DNA of 64,000 bases, taken from the NCBI GenBank assembly GCA_963813345.1, contig CAWEYR010000014.1:66874-130873 (forward strand), written 5' to 3'. The notes under the pieces were generated by a model, which was given only the letters and a program-made list of their open reading frames with translations, had not been told where the DNA came from and did no database searches. Made by a program: the position numbers and the translations under genes. Each line of letters opens with the position of its first letter. The stretch's first letter is position 1. Below are positions 1-11,128 of the stretch, piece by piece. This DNA comes from an uncultured Acidobacteriota bacterium (GTDB taxonomy: Bacteria; Acidobacteriota; Blastocatellia; RBC074).

Positions 1-269
1 AATAGATGACAAAAGCGTCAAAGATGTTTACGTGATTACATACGAAAAAGCTCGTGCGCTCGGCGATCAAAGCCCGGCGCATAGCGCACCTCAAAATCGA
101 CTCCGGCAACCCTCAGAATATTTCGAAAGAACCATCGCTGAGGCCGGTCGTTTCGTCGAGGATCAATGAAAATCCCGATGAGTACGAGAATGCTGCAAAC
201 GGGAAAGAAGTGAAGAGCGCTCAGTATCCAGACGAGGACAGCGCGGATCGTATAGTATGCCTGCTTCAT
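1..269 (-). CDS. PlsC/LPLAT-family 1-acylglycerol-3-phosphate acyltransferase-like protein. 5' part only; runs off the window start. Frame broken near 40-75.
   Basis: ORF 36..269 gives a hydrophobic N-terminus. After its stop, the neighbouring frame reads [16 protein letters not shown], which carries the NHxxxxD acyltransferase motif. ATGA start/stop overlap with the upstream lipid kinase at 266-269. Confidence 0.6.
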
Positions 270-1165
270 ACCATGACCCGGAGCACCGACGGAAGGACCT
301 CGAGCGAACGACAGTCGAGCGTCATCACCTCGCCGTCAATCATGATGTCAATTGGCTCATCGAGCTCAAATGAGACATGGGTTGCAGGTCCATGCCAGAT
401 CTCGGGGTGCGTAATATGAGACCCGTCATAAACTTTCGGAAAGTTGCGCAGGAAATCGAACCTGCCGGCAGACCATCTTACGATTTCGACCTGACCATCA
501 TTCGTCTCTGCGTGAGGCGCAAGCATCATATTGCCGCCGGTAAACTTGCTGTTATTGAAGATCAATAACGCCGTCTTGTGACTCGAAACCTGAGGCGAGC
601 CATTCACTCTGAGCTTGAAAACCCTTTGCCGGAAGCGGGCCATGCACAGTACTACTGCAAGAAAGTAGCCGGCCGCTCCCAGGCGCTTGAATCGCCGATT
701 GGCGAGGGTGCAAACGTCAGCGACGAAACCAAGGCTAAGAATATTGATGTAATAGACATCTCCACCGCTGTGGTGCAGACGCACGACGTCACAGGGACGC
801 TCACGTGACTCAAGAATTGCGCTCAAGGCAAAATCGACTCCCTCCTTTGTGAAATCACGAAGGAAGGAGTTGCCGGTGCCTAGCGGAAGAAAGCCGAGAA
901 CCGGAGTCTCCGCTCCAGGACTCTGGGGAAAGAGTCCATTTACAATCTCAAAAGATGTGCCGTCACCACCGACTGCGATGAATCTGCGATAACCGTTCGC
1001 ATACGCTTCACGAGCAAGTGCCGTTGCGTCTCCAGCGCGCCTTGTCTCGACGGTATCGAGGACTATGCCCTGCGAACGCAGGCGGTCCAGCACCGGGGCG
1101 AACAACTGCCCGCAACGTCCAAACCCGGCTGCGGGATTGACGATCGCGAGGTATGGTTTACTCAT
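266..1165 (-). CDS. Diacylglycerol-kinase-catalytic-domain lipid kinase (YegS/BmrU-like)
   Basis: 299-aa ORF with AVGGDGT and LPLGTGN motifs typical of the DAGK_cat family. ATGA overlaps at both ends (266-269 and 1162-1165). Confidence 0.85.
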   Translation of the reverse strand: MSKPYLAIVNPAAGFGRCGQLFAPVLDRLRSQGIVLDTVETRRAGDATALAREAYANGYRRFIAVGGDGTSFEIVNGLFPQSPGAETPVLGFLPLGTGNSFLRDFTKEGVDFALSAILESRERPCDVVRLHHSGGDVYYINILSLGFVADVCTLANRRFKRLGAAGYFLAVVLCMARFRQRVFKLRVNGSPQVSSHKTALLIFNNSKFTGGNMMLAPHAETNDGQVEIVRWSAGRFDFLRNFPKVYDGSHITHPEIWHGPATHVSFELDEPIDIMIDGEVMTLDCRSLEVLPSVLRVMV

Positions 1166-2883
1166 AACTCTTGAAGCGCAGTGCTTCGATCGAAGCGATT
1201 GCGGATTGCCTCGGCGAGCGCAAAGCGTTTGATCTTCATCGACGCAGTCCGCGGGAACTCTTCGTTCCAGATTACGTAACCACTCAGGCGTTTGAAATTG
1301 AGAAGTTTGCGATTCCTCGCGAGAATCTCGTCACGAAGCGCGGGTGTCATCTCCTGACCGTCGTCGAGATGAACCACAATCACAAGCTTCTCGCCGAGCA
1401 TCGAACGCTCCGGCCAGATGTAGTTAGCCGCAAAGACACAGAACTCTTTGACCGGTAGACCTTCGAACGCGTTCTCGATATCTTCAGGATAGACGTTCTT
1501 TCCCTCTTCAGTGACGATCATGTTCTTGACACGACCTGAAAGCTGAAGATGACCCATCGAATCGAATCTTCCAAGATCACCGGTCAGCAGCCATCCATCA
1601 ACGATCGTTTCAGCCGTCAGCTCGGGATCGTCGAGGTAATGCGACATGACAGTCCTGCTGCGGATCGCAACCTGACCGATTCCATCTGAGTTTGCATCGA
1701 CGATCCTGACTTCCATTCCCGGCAGCGGCCGCCCGACTGTATCGGCACGAAACGGCTTCAAATCGTTGAGCGTCACGGCCGTCCCGGCCTCTGTGAGTCC
1801 ATACCCATTGGAAACCTGGATACCAAGGTCGTAGAAGAACTTTAGCGTTTCCGGGCTCATGAACGCGCCGCCAACAAAGAGCGTGCGCAGCTCGCCCCCA
1901 AATGCTGAGTGAACCTGCTTGAGCAACTTTCTGCTGAGCTCGAGGTTTGGCGCCTTTTTCGTCAGTGCGCGATTGAGCGCGATAAGCCGGTTGAGCACAA
2001 ATCTCTTTGACGCCGGAAGCGCTGCAAAGCGGGTTCTCAATCCTGTCTCGAGATTCTTGAGAACCATTGGCACAAGAGCCATGTAGGTAATGCGATATTT
2101 CGTGAAAGCCTCACGCACATATTCGGGTCTGAGTGTTCTTAGATGAACAACCGTCGCACCACATACGAAAGGCCCGACAAAACCAACCATGAAATCGATG
2201 GCGTGATTCGTTGGCAGGACACTCAGATACCGTACCCCCGGCCAGAACGGATAGAGCGAAGTAAGTGCGACGCATTGTTCAAGGTAGTTGTCGTGCGTGA
2301 GAATGCAGCCCTTCGGACGCCCGCCCGTCCCTGACGAGTAGACAATGCAAGCCCAGTCGCTGCGTTGGCGTGGCACAAAGGCCGGCTTTTCAGTTGATTC
2401 CCTGGACCTCGTATCCTCCCATCGAATGGCTCCGTACAAGTCAGCCTTCTCTGGGGCGTCGGTCACGATCACGGTGGAGACTTTGAGTGCGGCAAACTCC
2501 GGAAGTGAGGCGATTGCCCGCCAGATATGATACTCGGTGATGAGCACCTCAGCCTTTGAGTGCTTGAGCAGCGTGATGTGCTCGCCGGGCGTCAGCTTGT
2601 AGTCGAGCGGTACGAGGACGCCACCGGAGTAGAAGACGGCATACGCTGCGATCAACCAGCGCGATTGATTCGTCATTATGATTGCAGCGCGCGATCCGTT
2701 GCCGAACGACCGATTCTGTAGGAATCCAGCCAGCGGCAGAGCAGCGTCTCTGAACTGACGATATGTGAGTTGATGATTCTCGCGTTCGCGATCGGCTTCG
2801 ATCAGACACACCTCGTCTGCAAACTGTTCGAGGGCATCCGTAAGGGCTTCACCGAGCGAGTGATACTTCGTCAGGTCCAGCAT
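1162..2883 (-). CDS. AMP-dependent synthetase/ligase (fatty acyl-AMP/CoA/ACP ligase)
   Basis: 573-aa ORF with [22 protein letters not shown] and GRVKNM adenylate-forming motifs. It lies directly downstream of, and is coupled to, the ACP gene. Confidence 0.9.
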   Translation of the reverse strand: MLDLTKYHSLGEALTDALEQFADEVCLIEADRERENHQLTYRQFRDAALPLAGFLQNRSFGNGSRAAIIMTNQSRWLIAAYAVFYSGGVLVPLDYKLTPGEHITLLKHSKAEVLITEYHIWRAIASLPEFAALKVSTVIVTDAPEKADLYGAIRWEDTRSRESTEKPAFVPRQRSDWACIVYSSGTGGRPKGCILTHDNYLEQCVALTSLYPFWPGVRYLSVLPTNHAIDFMVGFVGPFVCGATVVHLRTLRPEYVREAFTKYRITYMALVPMVLKNLETGLRTRFAALPASKRFVLNRLIALNRALTKKAPNLELSRKLLKQVHSAFGGELRTLFVGGAFMSPETLKFFYDLGIQVSNGYGLTEAGTAVTLNDLKPFRADTVGRPLPGMEVRIVDANSDGIGQVAIRSRTVMSHYLDDPELTAETIVDGWLLTGDLGRFDSMGHLQLSGRVKNMIVTEEGKNVYPEDIENAFEGLPVKEFCVFAANYIWPERSMLGEKLVIVVHLDDGQEMTPALRDEILARNRKLLNFKRLSGYVIWNEEFPRTASMKIKRFALAEAIRNRFDRSTALQEL

Positions 2884-3125
2884 CAGAGTCGTGATTGGAT
2901 GCGCTCGGCCAGCGTGCGGAAGTCCGATACACCTTGAACTTCGTAGTCCGGGAGCTCGATGCGGAAGTGATTCTCGAGGCGCGTAAGCAGCTCGAGTGCC
3001 TGAAGACTGTCGATCTTCAAGGTCTTGAAGAAGTCATCTGTCGGGCTGAGCTGTTCGCGCGGCACCTTAAAGTGGTTTGACGCAAGCGTCAGAATCTGGT
3101 CAACCGTGTTATCAATGTTCGTCAT
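2883..3125 (-). CDS. Acyl carrier protein
   Basis: The last 80 codons of ORF 2883..3356, starting at the ATG at 3125, carry the [11 protein letters not shown] phosphopantetheine-attachment motif. The upstream part of that ORF is translated repeat sequence. Confidence 0.85.
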   Translation of the reverse strand: MTNIDNTVDQILTLASNHFKVPREQLSPTDDFFKTLKIDSLQALELLTRLENHFRIELPDYEVQGVSDFRTLAERIQSRL

Positions 3126-3177
3126 TTCAACTAACTCTGCCGCGGAGCGGCTTATTGATCCTGGCCACGTTCGAGCT

Positions 3178-3410
3178 GCGAAGCAGCGAATCACCGCGGA
3201 GCGGTGCGAGAACGTAGCCAGGGGTTGAGTCTTCGAAACCCCTGGAATCGATTCCATTGACCAATCGCATCCCGGAGGGATGCGAGAAAGAGCGGGTTGC
3301 ATCGAATATCGTTTCTCGCATCCCTCGCAGGGATCGGCACTACTCGCACAACGCAATCCAGGGGTTTCGAAGACTCAACCCCTGGCTACGATCTTTGACG
3401 CCTCCGGCGT
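3178..3410. repeat. Composite palindromic REP/MITE-like element (family E)
   Basis: About 68 nt (3178-3245, including the hairpin CCAGGGGTTGAGTCTTCGAAACCCCTGG) recur inverted at 3358-3390. Inner hairpins: TCGCATCCCGGAGGGATGCGA at 3265-3285 and GACGCCTCCGGCGTC near 3396-3410. A near-identical composite lies at 59611-59855. Confidence 0.8.
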
Positions 3411-3444
3411 CAAGCGAATCCATACACCAAACTCAGCAAACTTC

Positions 3445-4249
3445 TCATGGCAGGTACGGATGAGCGTCTGTGCTCTCGACAAATTTCTGCAAGCCTGCCT
3501 GCACGGCAGGTTTACGATACAATTCGCAAAACAGGTCCACCTCGCGCCGAAGTTCTGTGTAGGGAACCGGTTTCATGAATCCTTTCGCCGCTTTGCTCGT
3601 AGCTCGGTCAAATTTGCCAGTCTGAACCGAAGCCAACCTTGCGAGTTTCAGAGACTCACCCTCGGCTGCGACCTGGCTCACCAGGCCGAGGGCATGCGCG
3701 CGCGTCGCATTAATGCTTCGGCCCGTTAGTAATAAATCTCGTACGATCGCGTTTCCGAGATCACGACGTAACCTCGGTATTCCACCAAATCCCGGAATCA
3801 GCCCGAGCCGCAACTCCGGAAAACAGAAGCGAGCCATTTTGTCGGCGATGATCAAATCGCAAACAAGTGCCAGTTCAAACCCACCGCCGAAACAGACTCC
3901 GTGTACGGCGGCAATCGTGGTCAGGCTGCTCGAATCGATCGCGTTGAGAACCTTGTGGATGCGCTCGAGAAAGCCCCGCACGCCAGTCGCCGCGTCCTCG
4001 TCTGAAAGCTCCCTGCCTGCGAAATAGAGTTCACGGAGATCGGCACCAGCGCAGAAGCCGGGCTGTCATACGGCTGTAAATGATCATCGCGTGCGCGCTC
4101 TTTTCGAGCTCTTCGAGCGCACCTGCAAATACCTCGAGTTCACCAAGCGTCTCTGTTCCGATCTCATTACAGGGTGCCCGATGCAATGCGACTTCTACGC
4201 ATCCCTCGTTGACGCTCCAACTGATGGCGTTTCCTTCAAAGCTTGTCAC
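3445..4249 (-). CDS. Enoyl-CoA hydratase/isomerase (crotonase) family protein. Frame broken between 4034 and 4065.
   Basis: ORF 4031..4249 is the N-terminus, ending AMIIYS. The frame of ORF 3445..3981 continues upstream as [16 protein letters not shown], the crotonase oxyanion-hole region. The two frames are offset by one nucleotide. Confidence 0.8.
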
Positions 4250-5966
4250 GCTCCGCGTAACTCCTCGGCTTCCTGTTTCTCCTGCTGTCGAGCCTGATAC
4301 ATACCTTCGATCTCTGTTTTGAAAAACTCCGCAATCGAGCCGCGCTTCAGCTTGCCGTTAGCCGTCAACAGTCCGCTCTCGATTGTCAGCGGTTCCTTGC
4401 GAATATGATAGCCACGAACCTGACGATAGTGCGGCATTGCCGAGTTGACAGTTTCAAGCGCAGAACCAACGCTCGCGGTGTCGACATCACCTGTAATGAT
4501 CGCCGTCAGGAATCCTCTACCATTTCCATGAAGGACGACGTTGCTTGCTTTTGGCAATGCCTGTCTGATCTGTTCTTCGATAGGTTCCGGCGCGATGTTG
4601 TGACCCGAACCCAGAATGATCAGATTCTTGATCCGGCCGATGACAGCCCAGTTGCCACGCTCGTCGACCTCTCCCTGGTCGCCTGTGTGAAACCATCCGT
4701 CTGGGATCGAAGCACGAGTCTCCTCGGGCCGGTTCCAATAGCCCTTGAATACGTTGGGTCCGCGTACGAGAATCTCGTCGTTTTCGCCCAACCGCATTTC
4801 TACGCCAGGAATAGCCGGACCAACGCGACCCGGTTCGTAATCGAGCGGATCGTCCATGGTACAGATCGCTGTCGTTTCGGTCAGCCCATAAACCTGTAGA
4901 ACCGGGATGCCGAGCATCATAAAGAACGACTGCGTTTCTTTCGATAGTGGGGCCGACCCGCAGATCAGGGCCTTCAAATTGACGCCGATCTTTTTCCTGA
5001 TTGAATCGAAAATCAGGCGCTGGCCAAGAGACTGCCAGACCATTCCGCTTACGCTCGCGATGCCCATCACGGTTTGCAAGCCACGCGGCTTTGCTTTTCG
5101 CGTAGAGCGTCTTTATCCAGTCCGGTTTCTGTGCAATCTGACCCTCAACACCCGTCCTGATGCGTTCGAGCAGGGCTGGAACATTCAAACAGTATTGAGG
5201 CGATGCAAGCTTGAGCTCATCTGCCAGTTTCTCGAGATTTGTTGAAAGCGTCAGAAGGCTGTTGCGGAGGAGACAAGAAAGAAGCAGTATCCACGATCCA
5301 GCGAAGCAGAAGGGAAGATAGTGAAAGACCTGTTCGGCTGCGGTCTGGCCCTGCATCAGCCTGTCGAGGCGGGCGCCCGTGCACGAAAGCATGTGATTCA
5401 CATTCCCGACATCGAGCACCACACCCTTCGGAACACCTGAGGTGCCTGAAGTGTAGATAATCGAAACCGGATCGCTATCTGCAAGCGGGCTCAATGTGAG
5501 GCTCTTGAGGGGCTTTGCCCGCGACTGAAGCTGGGAACATCTCGTCAAACAATGCAATACGTGGCAACGTAATCGCTGGCAACGCGACATCTGACGCGTC
5601 ACTCCACGCACTTCGTATTGAATCGGCCAGGGTATTTGTGTCAGAGAGGATGAGCGATACCCCTGCGTCCTTCATCATAAAGACGAGCTCGGCTGGAGCT
5701 TGTCGAGCGTACAGCGGCACCACAATGATACCTTCGGCCATGAGCGCGAGGTCAGCTGCTACCCAGCGAATGCTGTTCCCGGCGAGCAGAGCGCAGCGAT
5801 CGCCTTTCTTGAGACCCGTTGACCGCAGAAACTTGCGCGCGGCTTCAACCTGATCGGATAATCCCAGGCCATTTACAGTGACCAGCGCACCATCTCGCAC
5901 TTCGCGCAGAATGGCATCATTGGGGCTGGTAACCAGGCGATCGAATATCTTTTCGAGGAAGTTCAT
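4246..5966 (-). CDS. Long-chain acyl-CoA synthetase-like AMP-ligase. Two frame breaks (about 5055-5085 and 5480-5560).
   Basis: Three consecutive pieces. ORF 5475..5966 is the N-terminus. The upstream part of ORF 4517..5611 carries [16 protein letters not shown] 4246..5079 carries YGLTETT, GWFHTGD and GRIKNLI. Confidence 0.85.
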
Positions 5967-7375
5967 CCGTAGTTCTCGAGAATACGCTGGAGCGTCGGAG
6001 TCAGCGGTGGGAGGTAATCATCCCAGGTTCTGGCACCAGGACGCACCGGGAAATCCGGATAGCATTCGAGGAGCTGCTGTTCAAAAAAGACGCCCATATG
6101 AGCGAGCACCTTGAGGTTGCGGGCTACCGTCTTGCCGATGCCCTCGCGAATGCCTTCGTGTTCCGAAAGCAGCCTGCGCATGATGACCACCAGTTTCTCT
6201 TCAAGCTCCGGGTCGTCAACAGTGAGCATGAGATCAGAGTGTCCGCGTTCGTGCATCAGATTGCGAATCCGCTCATCCATTGTTACCCCTGCAGAGGCTA
6301 CAAAAGCGGGCATGCACGTGACGATGCCATGAAACCGCGAAGAAACCATAAGGTGAGCCTCGCGAAGAATACTGACAAGCTGATACATGTCATACTCCGC
6401 GGACCAGAAAACCGGCACCCCGCCGAGCCTCTCTGACATCCTTCGGCAGGCGTCAATATCGAGGCTTTCCATCGCTACCAGAACTACAAATACATTGTGC
6501 TCCCGGCGGAAACGCTCGACCGCATTCGACATTGCAGAAAGATAGTTCTCGTAGGCGGAGGTCACTTTGGGTCCCGAATTATGGAAGTAGACCGAGCGGT
6601 AGTGGCTCTCTTTGTAGGCTCCAGTCAGGGTTTTTGCGGCAAGTTTTGCGACCGATGCCTTTACCGGCCACCAAAACGGGTTGATAGGACAGACGGCCAT
6701 AACAGGAGTCGATTCATCCCATCCGGAGTCGCGCAACGCCTTGCGGCCAAAGTCTGAAGCCAGAGGCTCGAATGTCCAGGCGGTATCGGTGCCAAGTTCG
6801 GTCGCAACGCCAAGTTTGCCGAGTACAGTTTGCGACTCCTGGTTTCTCGTTATGATCATGGACTGCTTGCAATATCGTGAACACATGTTTGCAAGGGTCG
6901 GATCCATATACCCGGCCTCTGCGCCGTAGCCAATACTCAACTTGTTCTGAGCCGCAGCAATGCCGAGCGACCCGATCATCATCGTTGTCAACGCATTCGC
7001 AAACTTGCTCTTGAACATCGAGCCTTCACACGCGACTACTCCATCATGCTTTGGCACTTCCGAGTAAAGAAACGGTGGAAATATCTGCGGCAGCTCGACC
7101 TGTCTGATGCCATTGAAATAACCGCGCGTCAGCTCGGGATTGTGAGTCAATACACTCAATTCGGAATGGTCATCACCCAGTATGCGCCGGATCTGGCGGA
7201 GCATCTCTTCTACACGCACGTCCGAGCCGGTGTTGCGAGTGCCATTGTAACCCGTAAAAAGCAGCCGCAATTTGCGTCCGGGCTTCCATCGCTGGCCGGA
7301 CCCGAGCATCCATTTGACCTTCGAAAGCTCAACGAGGCCGCTGACCCATGCCTCGAGAGCGAGATCCATACTCAT
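5963..7375 (-). CDS. Polysaccharide-pyruvyl-transferase-like protein (PF04230-like)
   Basis: 470-aa intact ORF. An N-terminal [12 protein letters not shown] motif and a C-terminal SSRFHGIV...GV pattern resemble the pyruvyl transferase family. This is recognition by eye, not an HMM hit. ATGA overlaps at both ends. Confidence 0.6.
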   Translation of the reverse strand: MSMDLALEAWVSGLVELSKVKWMLGSGQRWKPGRKLRLLFTGYNGTRNTGSDVRVEEMLRQIRRILGDDHSELSVLTHNPELTRGYFNGIRQVELPQIFPPFLYSEVPKHDGVVACEGSMFKSKFANALTTMMIGSLGIAAAQNKLSIGYGAEAGYMDPTLANMCSRYCKQSMIITRNQESQTVLGKLGVATELGTDTAWTFEPLASDFGRKALRDSGWDESTPVMAVCPINPFWWPVKASVAKLAAKTLTGAYKESHYRSVYFHNSGPKVTSAYENYLSAMSNAVERFRREHNVFVVLVAMESLDIDACRRMSERLGGVPVFWSAEYDMYQLVSILREAHLMVSSRFHGIVTCMPAFVASAGVTMDERIRNLMHERGHSDLMLTVDDPELEEKLVVIMRRLLSEHEGIREGIGKTVARNLKVLAHMGVFFEQQLLECYPDFPVRPGARTWDDYLPPLTPTLQRILENYG

Positions 7376-8508
7376 CTAACAACCATCTCCTTCTTTTCTG
7401 ACCATTCCCGGTAAGGATAAGTGAAGTTGCCATCCCGGCTGAACTTGAGAAGCGGATAACAGTAGTTCGAGAAAGGTACTGGTTCTGACCCGAGCTCATT
7501 CACAACCCTTGAATTGTCAAATACCGTATTGAATGTGAGGTAGGGCAGGAATACCTTCAGCAGCGAGGCACTCTGACCGATCGCAGTACCGCGACGGTTC
7601 GCAAGAAAATCAACAGTGCTCGAGAACGCCGACTCGAATGAAGGAAAAAATAGTGGCCCCTTCCTATTTCCAGCGCGCGCAATCGCATCCGTCAGCTGGC
7701 GGAAAGTCTGCGATTTCACGCCGGATGAGAGGTGATAGATGTCATGTGAAGGCGAAGGCTTCTGGTGAAGCGTTGCAATTGCGCTGGCTACAAAGTCGAC
7801 GTTGACAATATCAAGCTGGTCGTCCGGTCGAAAAGGAAGCGCCGGAAGTGACGCGAGAAACACGAAACTGCGAACCATTTCGAACTGCGTTGTCTCGGGG
7901 TATCGGCTGTCACCAAGCACGATGCTCGGTCTGAAGACGAGGTGCGAAACATCAGGGAGCAGCTCGTTGACCATATGCTCTGTGAACTTCTTCGTGCGTG
8001 CATACGGATCAAAGTCCGAGAGTTCCCAATTGATGGCAGTGTCTTCTTTTACAGTTTCATTCTGCCGGGCACCGGCGACGGCAACTGTCGAAACGTGGCT
8101 GAAGCGGCGAAGCCCATTTGTGGCCTGCGCAGCCTGCGCCAGTTTGACGACTTCAAGAGTTCCGCGCAGGTTGACGTTCAGGCAACTCTTCTCGCTTCTC
8201 CGGTTGAGAGAGGCAGCGCAGTGAATTACTGAGCTCGTCTGGCGCACCAGGTCGCGGTAGTCAGAATCGCTCAGCCCGAAATGCGGAATCGTGATGTCGC
8301 CTCTGAAGACCTTGATTCGCGAATGGATGAACTCTGAGTACTGATCTTCGCTTAAATGAAGTTGCAGGCCACGCCACAGCCGCGAGAGTGATTCCCGTTC
8401 GTCTTTGGCCCGCACCAGCAGGTTGAGTCGAACCGAATCCTCGGTTAGCAGCTTCGCTGCGACGTGAGCGCCAAGGTAACCGGTCGAGCCGGTTATGAAG
8501 ATCGACAT
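7372..8508 (-). CDS. NAD(P)-dependent reductase, thioester-reductase/NAD_binding_4-type SDR
   Basis: 378-aa ORF starting [13 protein letters not shown] (Rossmann TGxxGxxG), with a YARTK catalytic Y-x3-K. Confidence 0.8.
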   Translation of the reverse strand: MSIFITGSTGYLGAHVAAKLLTEDSVRLNLLVRAKDERESLSRLWRGLQLHLSEDQYSEFIHSRIKVFRGDITIPHFGLSDSDYRDLVRQTSSVIHCAASLNRRSEKSCLNVNLRGTLEVVKLAQAAQATNGLRRFSHVSTVAVAGARQNETVKEDTAINWELSDFDPYARTKKFTEHMVNELLPDVSHLVFRPSIVLGDSRYPETTQFEMVRSFVFLASLPALPFRPDDQLDIVNVDFVASAIATLHQKPSPSHDIYHLSSGVKSQTFRQLTDAIARAGNRKGPLFFPSFESAFSSTVDFLANRRGTAIGQSASLLKVFLPYLTFNTVFDNSRVVNELGSEPVPFSNYCYPLLKFSRDGNFTYPYREWSEKKEMVVR

Positions 8509-8515
8509 AGCCTGA

Positions 8516-10933
8516 TCAGGTCCCTACCGTTTCATCTGCGAGGATAGCCCGCCGTCCCGCCCGAGCGGTCTCGGGCTCAGGCTCGGACCGGGCAAGCCTG
8601 ACTTCGCGGCGAGATCGAACGTCACCAGGCCGCCCTTCGATGATCGGGTATGACCATTTGCGGAGAGCCGGAATATGCACGTTTATCCAGTAGTCCCACC
8701 AATCGATGCTCGCGGCATCATAACCGAACTCGCGGAGCTCATCCTGGGGAAGACCAGCCGATAGAATCTCGACATTCCTCGCTTCAAATACGTGGACATT
8801 GTGCAGAATGAATGGTTCGTAAAGCTCGATCAGCTTTTCCACGCGATCAAGGTCGCGTTCCCGGCGAACAAGAGGTGAACGTGCCATTGGCAAAGGCGAG
8901 GTGATTTTTAGCAGAGCCTGAACGACAGCCTTCTGCCGCGGCGCCGACAGCTTCTGGTAGCGCTCTTTTGATACAGGAATTGAATCGAACATCGAAAGCA
9001 GACGATACTCAAAGTCCGGCTGCGCGCGATAATGCTTCCGGTGAGCCAGGCCGGTCAGCTCGATTGAGCGTCGCATATTGCACGGGTTCGATGCAGAAGT
9101 AGCCAGCTGATATATCTGTTCGTGTTTGCGCTCGATGAGAGCAGCTGAGATCAACAGCATTCCACGACAGACAAGGTCTACCGGCACGATGTCGAGACAC
9201 TTCCGCCCATTTGAGGGAAGCTGACGGAAGTATGTGCCAAGGAGGTAAGAGAGAGGTGCCGAAGTGTTCACGCCCTCGTTCCATCCACGGAAAGGATCGT
9301 CAGTCGAGGTTTCAACAATAGAAGGTCGAACGATGGTTATCGGAAGGTTCTTGCCTCGCGACGCGAGAAGGGATTCGGCAAGACTTTTCGTGAGCGTATA
9401 CGTATTCGGCCAGCCGAGCTCAGCAGCGCGCTTCATTCCTGTTTCGATGAGCTCGTCTCTTACCCAGCGGGAGCGCAGCTTCTTCAAGTGAGCGTCGAAT
9501 TCGCTGTCAGACAGAATCTTCTTCGCGCGAGATCGTACTGTTTGACTGAGTTTCTCCGTAATTTCTGTCGAAACCGATCGAGAATCGATCTCGCTGACAA
9601 GGTCTTTTAGATGCAGATACTCGGTCTCTGCACTGAAGTCCTCACGAAATTGCGGGTTATAGTCAGTGTTGAGCTGCTCGCCGATTCGCCCGTCGCGAAA
9701 GCCGACGACATAACATGTCGATAGATGGAGCAGCGCAGCATTGCGGCACTCTTTCTGAAACTCGATCAGATTCGCGACTCCATCGATATTTATTGAAAGC
9801 GCCAGCCTTAAATCCGGATTGAAATCGGTTAAGCCGGAACTATTAATGATTAAATCTACTTCGCTAAGTAGACGGCGTTTTATCTCGGGTGCAATTCCGA
9901 TCCCCGGCAAACTGACGTCACCTTCAATAACTTCAACACGTTCGCGGATGAAATCGGCGAATCGGTCGCGCTGGGTCTCCTGAAGCTCGTCAAAGACAGG
10001 TGACTCTTCGAGTATCTTTTCAAAGCGGCGAGAGGCCGACGTCGATCGCTGTTTGCGGATGAGGACAATGACCCGTCCGATATCGGGAATGCTCTTGAGA
10101 ATCTTGGCAAGCAACACTTTCCCAATGAATCCGGTGAATCCGATCAGGAGTATTGTCTTTCCCTCAAGTGACCCGCGCACCGAGATATTGTTGACACCGT
10201 GCAGAGCATCGAAGAGGACGAGCGGCCCGCGCACACCGGTCATAGTTTCGCGTGATGGTCTGACTGCGCTTGCGAGAATCTCTTCGTGATGGGCAAATCC
10301 GAGTCTCGCTGCAAGTCTTTCCGCGGATATTCGTCCGTCAATCTTTCGTCCGATGATTCGTGCCAGAAACTGGCGCGGTCGAATCACGGGGCTTTCGAGA
10401 CGGCCGGTAGCGAGGCCATCGCGGAACTCGAGCCGGTTGGCTATCAGCCGGTTGACGCCAAGATGCCGTGCGAGTGGCCGCATGACGTGGTCGAGACCCT
10501 GGCTCACGAGGACTACGTTGTCGCCCCTCGATACAATGCCGGACAACATTTCGACTGCCGCGGAGCGCAGTTGAGGCTTAAGAACGTAGTCGAAGTACTC
10601 CTCGCCCAGTAAGTCGAGGCGGTCTCTGCTCACGCCCCGGAGCAGGGTATGAAGGACTCGAGTCGCGAAGATCCGGTCGATCGCATAGAGAAGCGGCCGC
10701 ACAAGGGCGAGGAGAAACAACCCGCCGCGACGCTTCCAGCGCTCCGAGAAGGTCTGCGCGTTCCAGGTAAAATAGGCTACCGGGCGCACTGCGCTCAGAT
10801 TGAGCAGACTCCCCTCTACCCGCCAGTAGATGGTGGGGGACAAATCATTACCCCTGGCTGTCGGAACTTCTGTCACAGCTCTTATTTGACTGACCTCACA
10901 AGCTTTAGTGGAAAAGCGTGAATACGCAACCAA
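8516..10933 (-). CDS. Fusion protein: HAD-IB-like N-terminal domain plus fatty acyl-CoA/ACP reductase (FAR, male-sterility NAD-binding type)
   Basis: 805-aa ORF. The N-terminal ~230 aa are HAD-IB-like. They are followed by [14 protein letters not shown] (FAR Rossmann motif) and a long FAR-like C-terminus. The TTG start at 10933 is uncertain. Confidence 0.8.
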   Translation of the reverse strand: MVAYSRFSTKACEVSQIRAVTEVPTARGNDLSPTIYWRVEGSLLNLSAVRPVAYFTWNAQTFSERWKRRGGLFLLALVRPLLYAIDRIFATRVLHTLLRGVSRDRLDLLGEEYFDYVLKPQLRSAAVEMLSGIVSRGDNVVLVSQGLDHVMRPLARHLGVNRLIANRLEFRDGLATGRLESPVIRPRQFLARIIGRKIDGRISAERLAARLGFAHHEEILASAVRPSRETMTGVRGPLVLFDALHGVNNISVRGSLEGKTILLIGFTGFIGKVLLAKILKSIPDIGRVIVLIRKQRSTSASRRFEKILEESPVFDELQETQRDRFADFIRERVEVIEGDVSLPGIGIAPEIKRRLLSEVDLIINSSGLTDFNPDLRLALSINIDGVANLIEFQKECRNAALLHLSTCYVVGFRDGRIGEQLNTDYNPQFREDFSAETEYLHLKDLVSEIDSRSVSTEITEKLSQTVRSRAKKILSDSEFDAHLKKLRSRWVRDELIETGMKRAAELGWPNTYTLTKSLAESLLASRGKNLPITIVRPSIVETSTDDPFRGWNEGVNTSAPLSYLLGTYFRQLPSNGRKCLDIVPVDLVCRGMLLISAALIERKHEQIYQLATSASNPCNMRRSIELTGLAHRKHYRAQPDFEYRLLSMFDSIPVSKERYQKLSAPRQKAVVQALLKITSPLPMARSPLVRRERDLDRVEKLIELYEPFILHNVHVFEARNVEILSAGLPQDELREFGYDAASIDWWDYWINVHIPALRKWSYPIIEGRPGDVRSRREVRLARSEPEPETARAGRRAILADETVGT

Positions 10934-10970
10934 CCATGAAACCGTAATGATAACATCAAGTCAAGTGGAC

Positions 10971-11083
10971 GGTGGTCAGTGGTTTGAGTTCGAAGCTTCA
11001 GCTTGTGGTCACAATGTAACCACAAGCTAAAGCTTGAACTCAAACCACGCTTCGACCACTGACCACCGGCCACTGACCACTCC
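10971..11083. repeat. Palindromic REP-like element (family C, GTTCAAGCTTCAGCTTG core)
   Basis: GGTGGTCAGTGGTTTGAGTTCGAAGCTTCAGCTTGTGGT faces its imperfect reverse complement across a 9-nt loop. CCACTGACCAC motifs flank it. Related copies lie at 25028, 53563 and 62117. Confidence 0.8.
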
Positions 11084-11128
11084 CCGCCCGTTGACTCCAC
11101 CTCATAAACCGCCTAGGATCGCGATATC

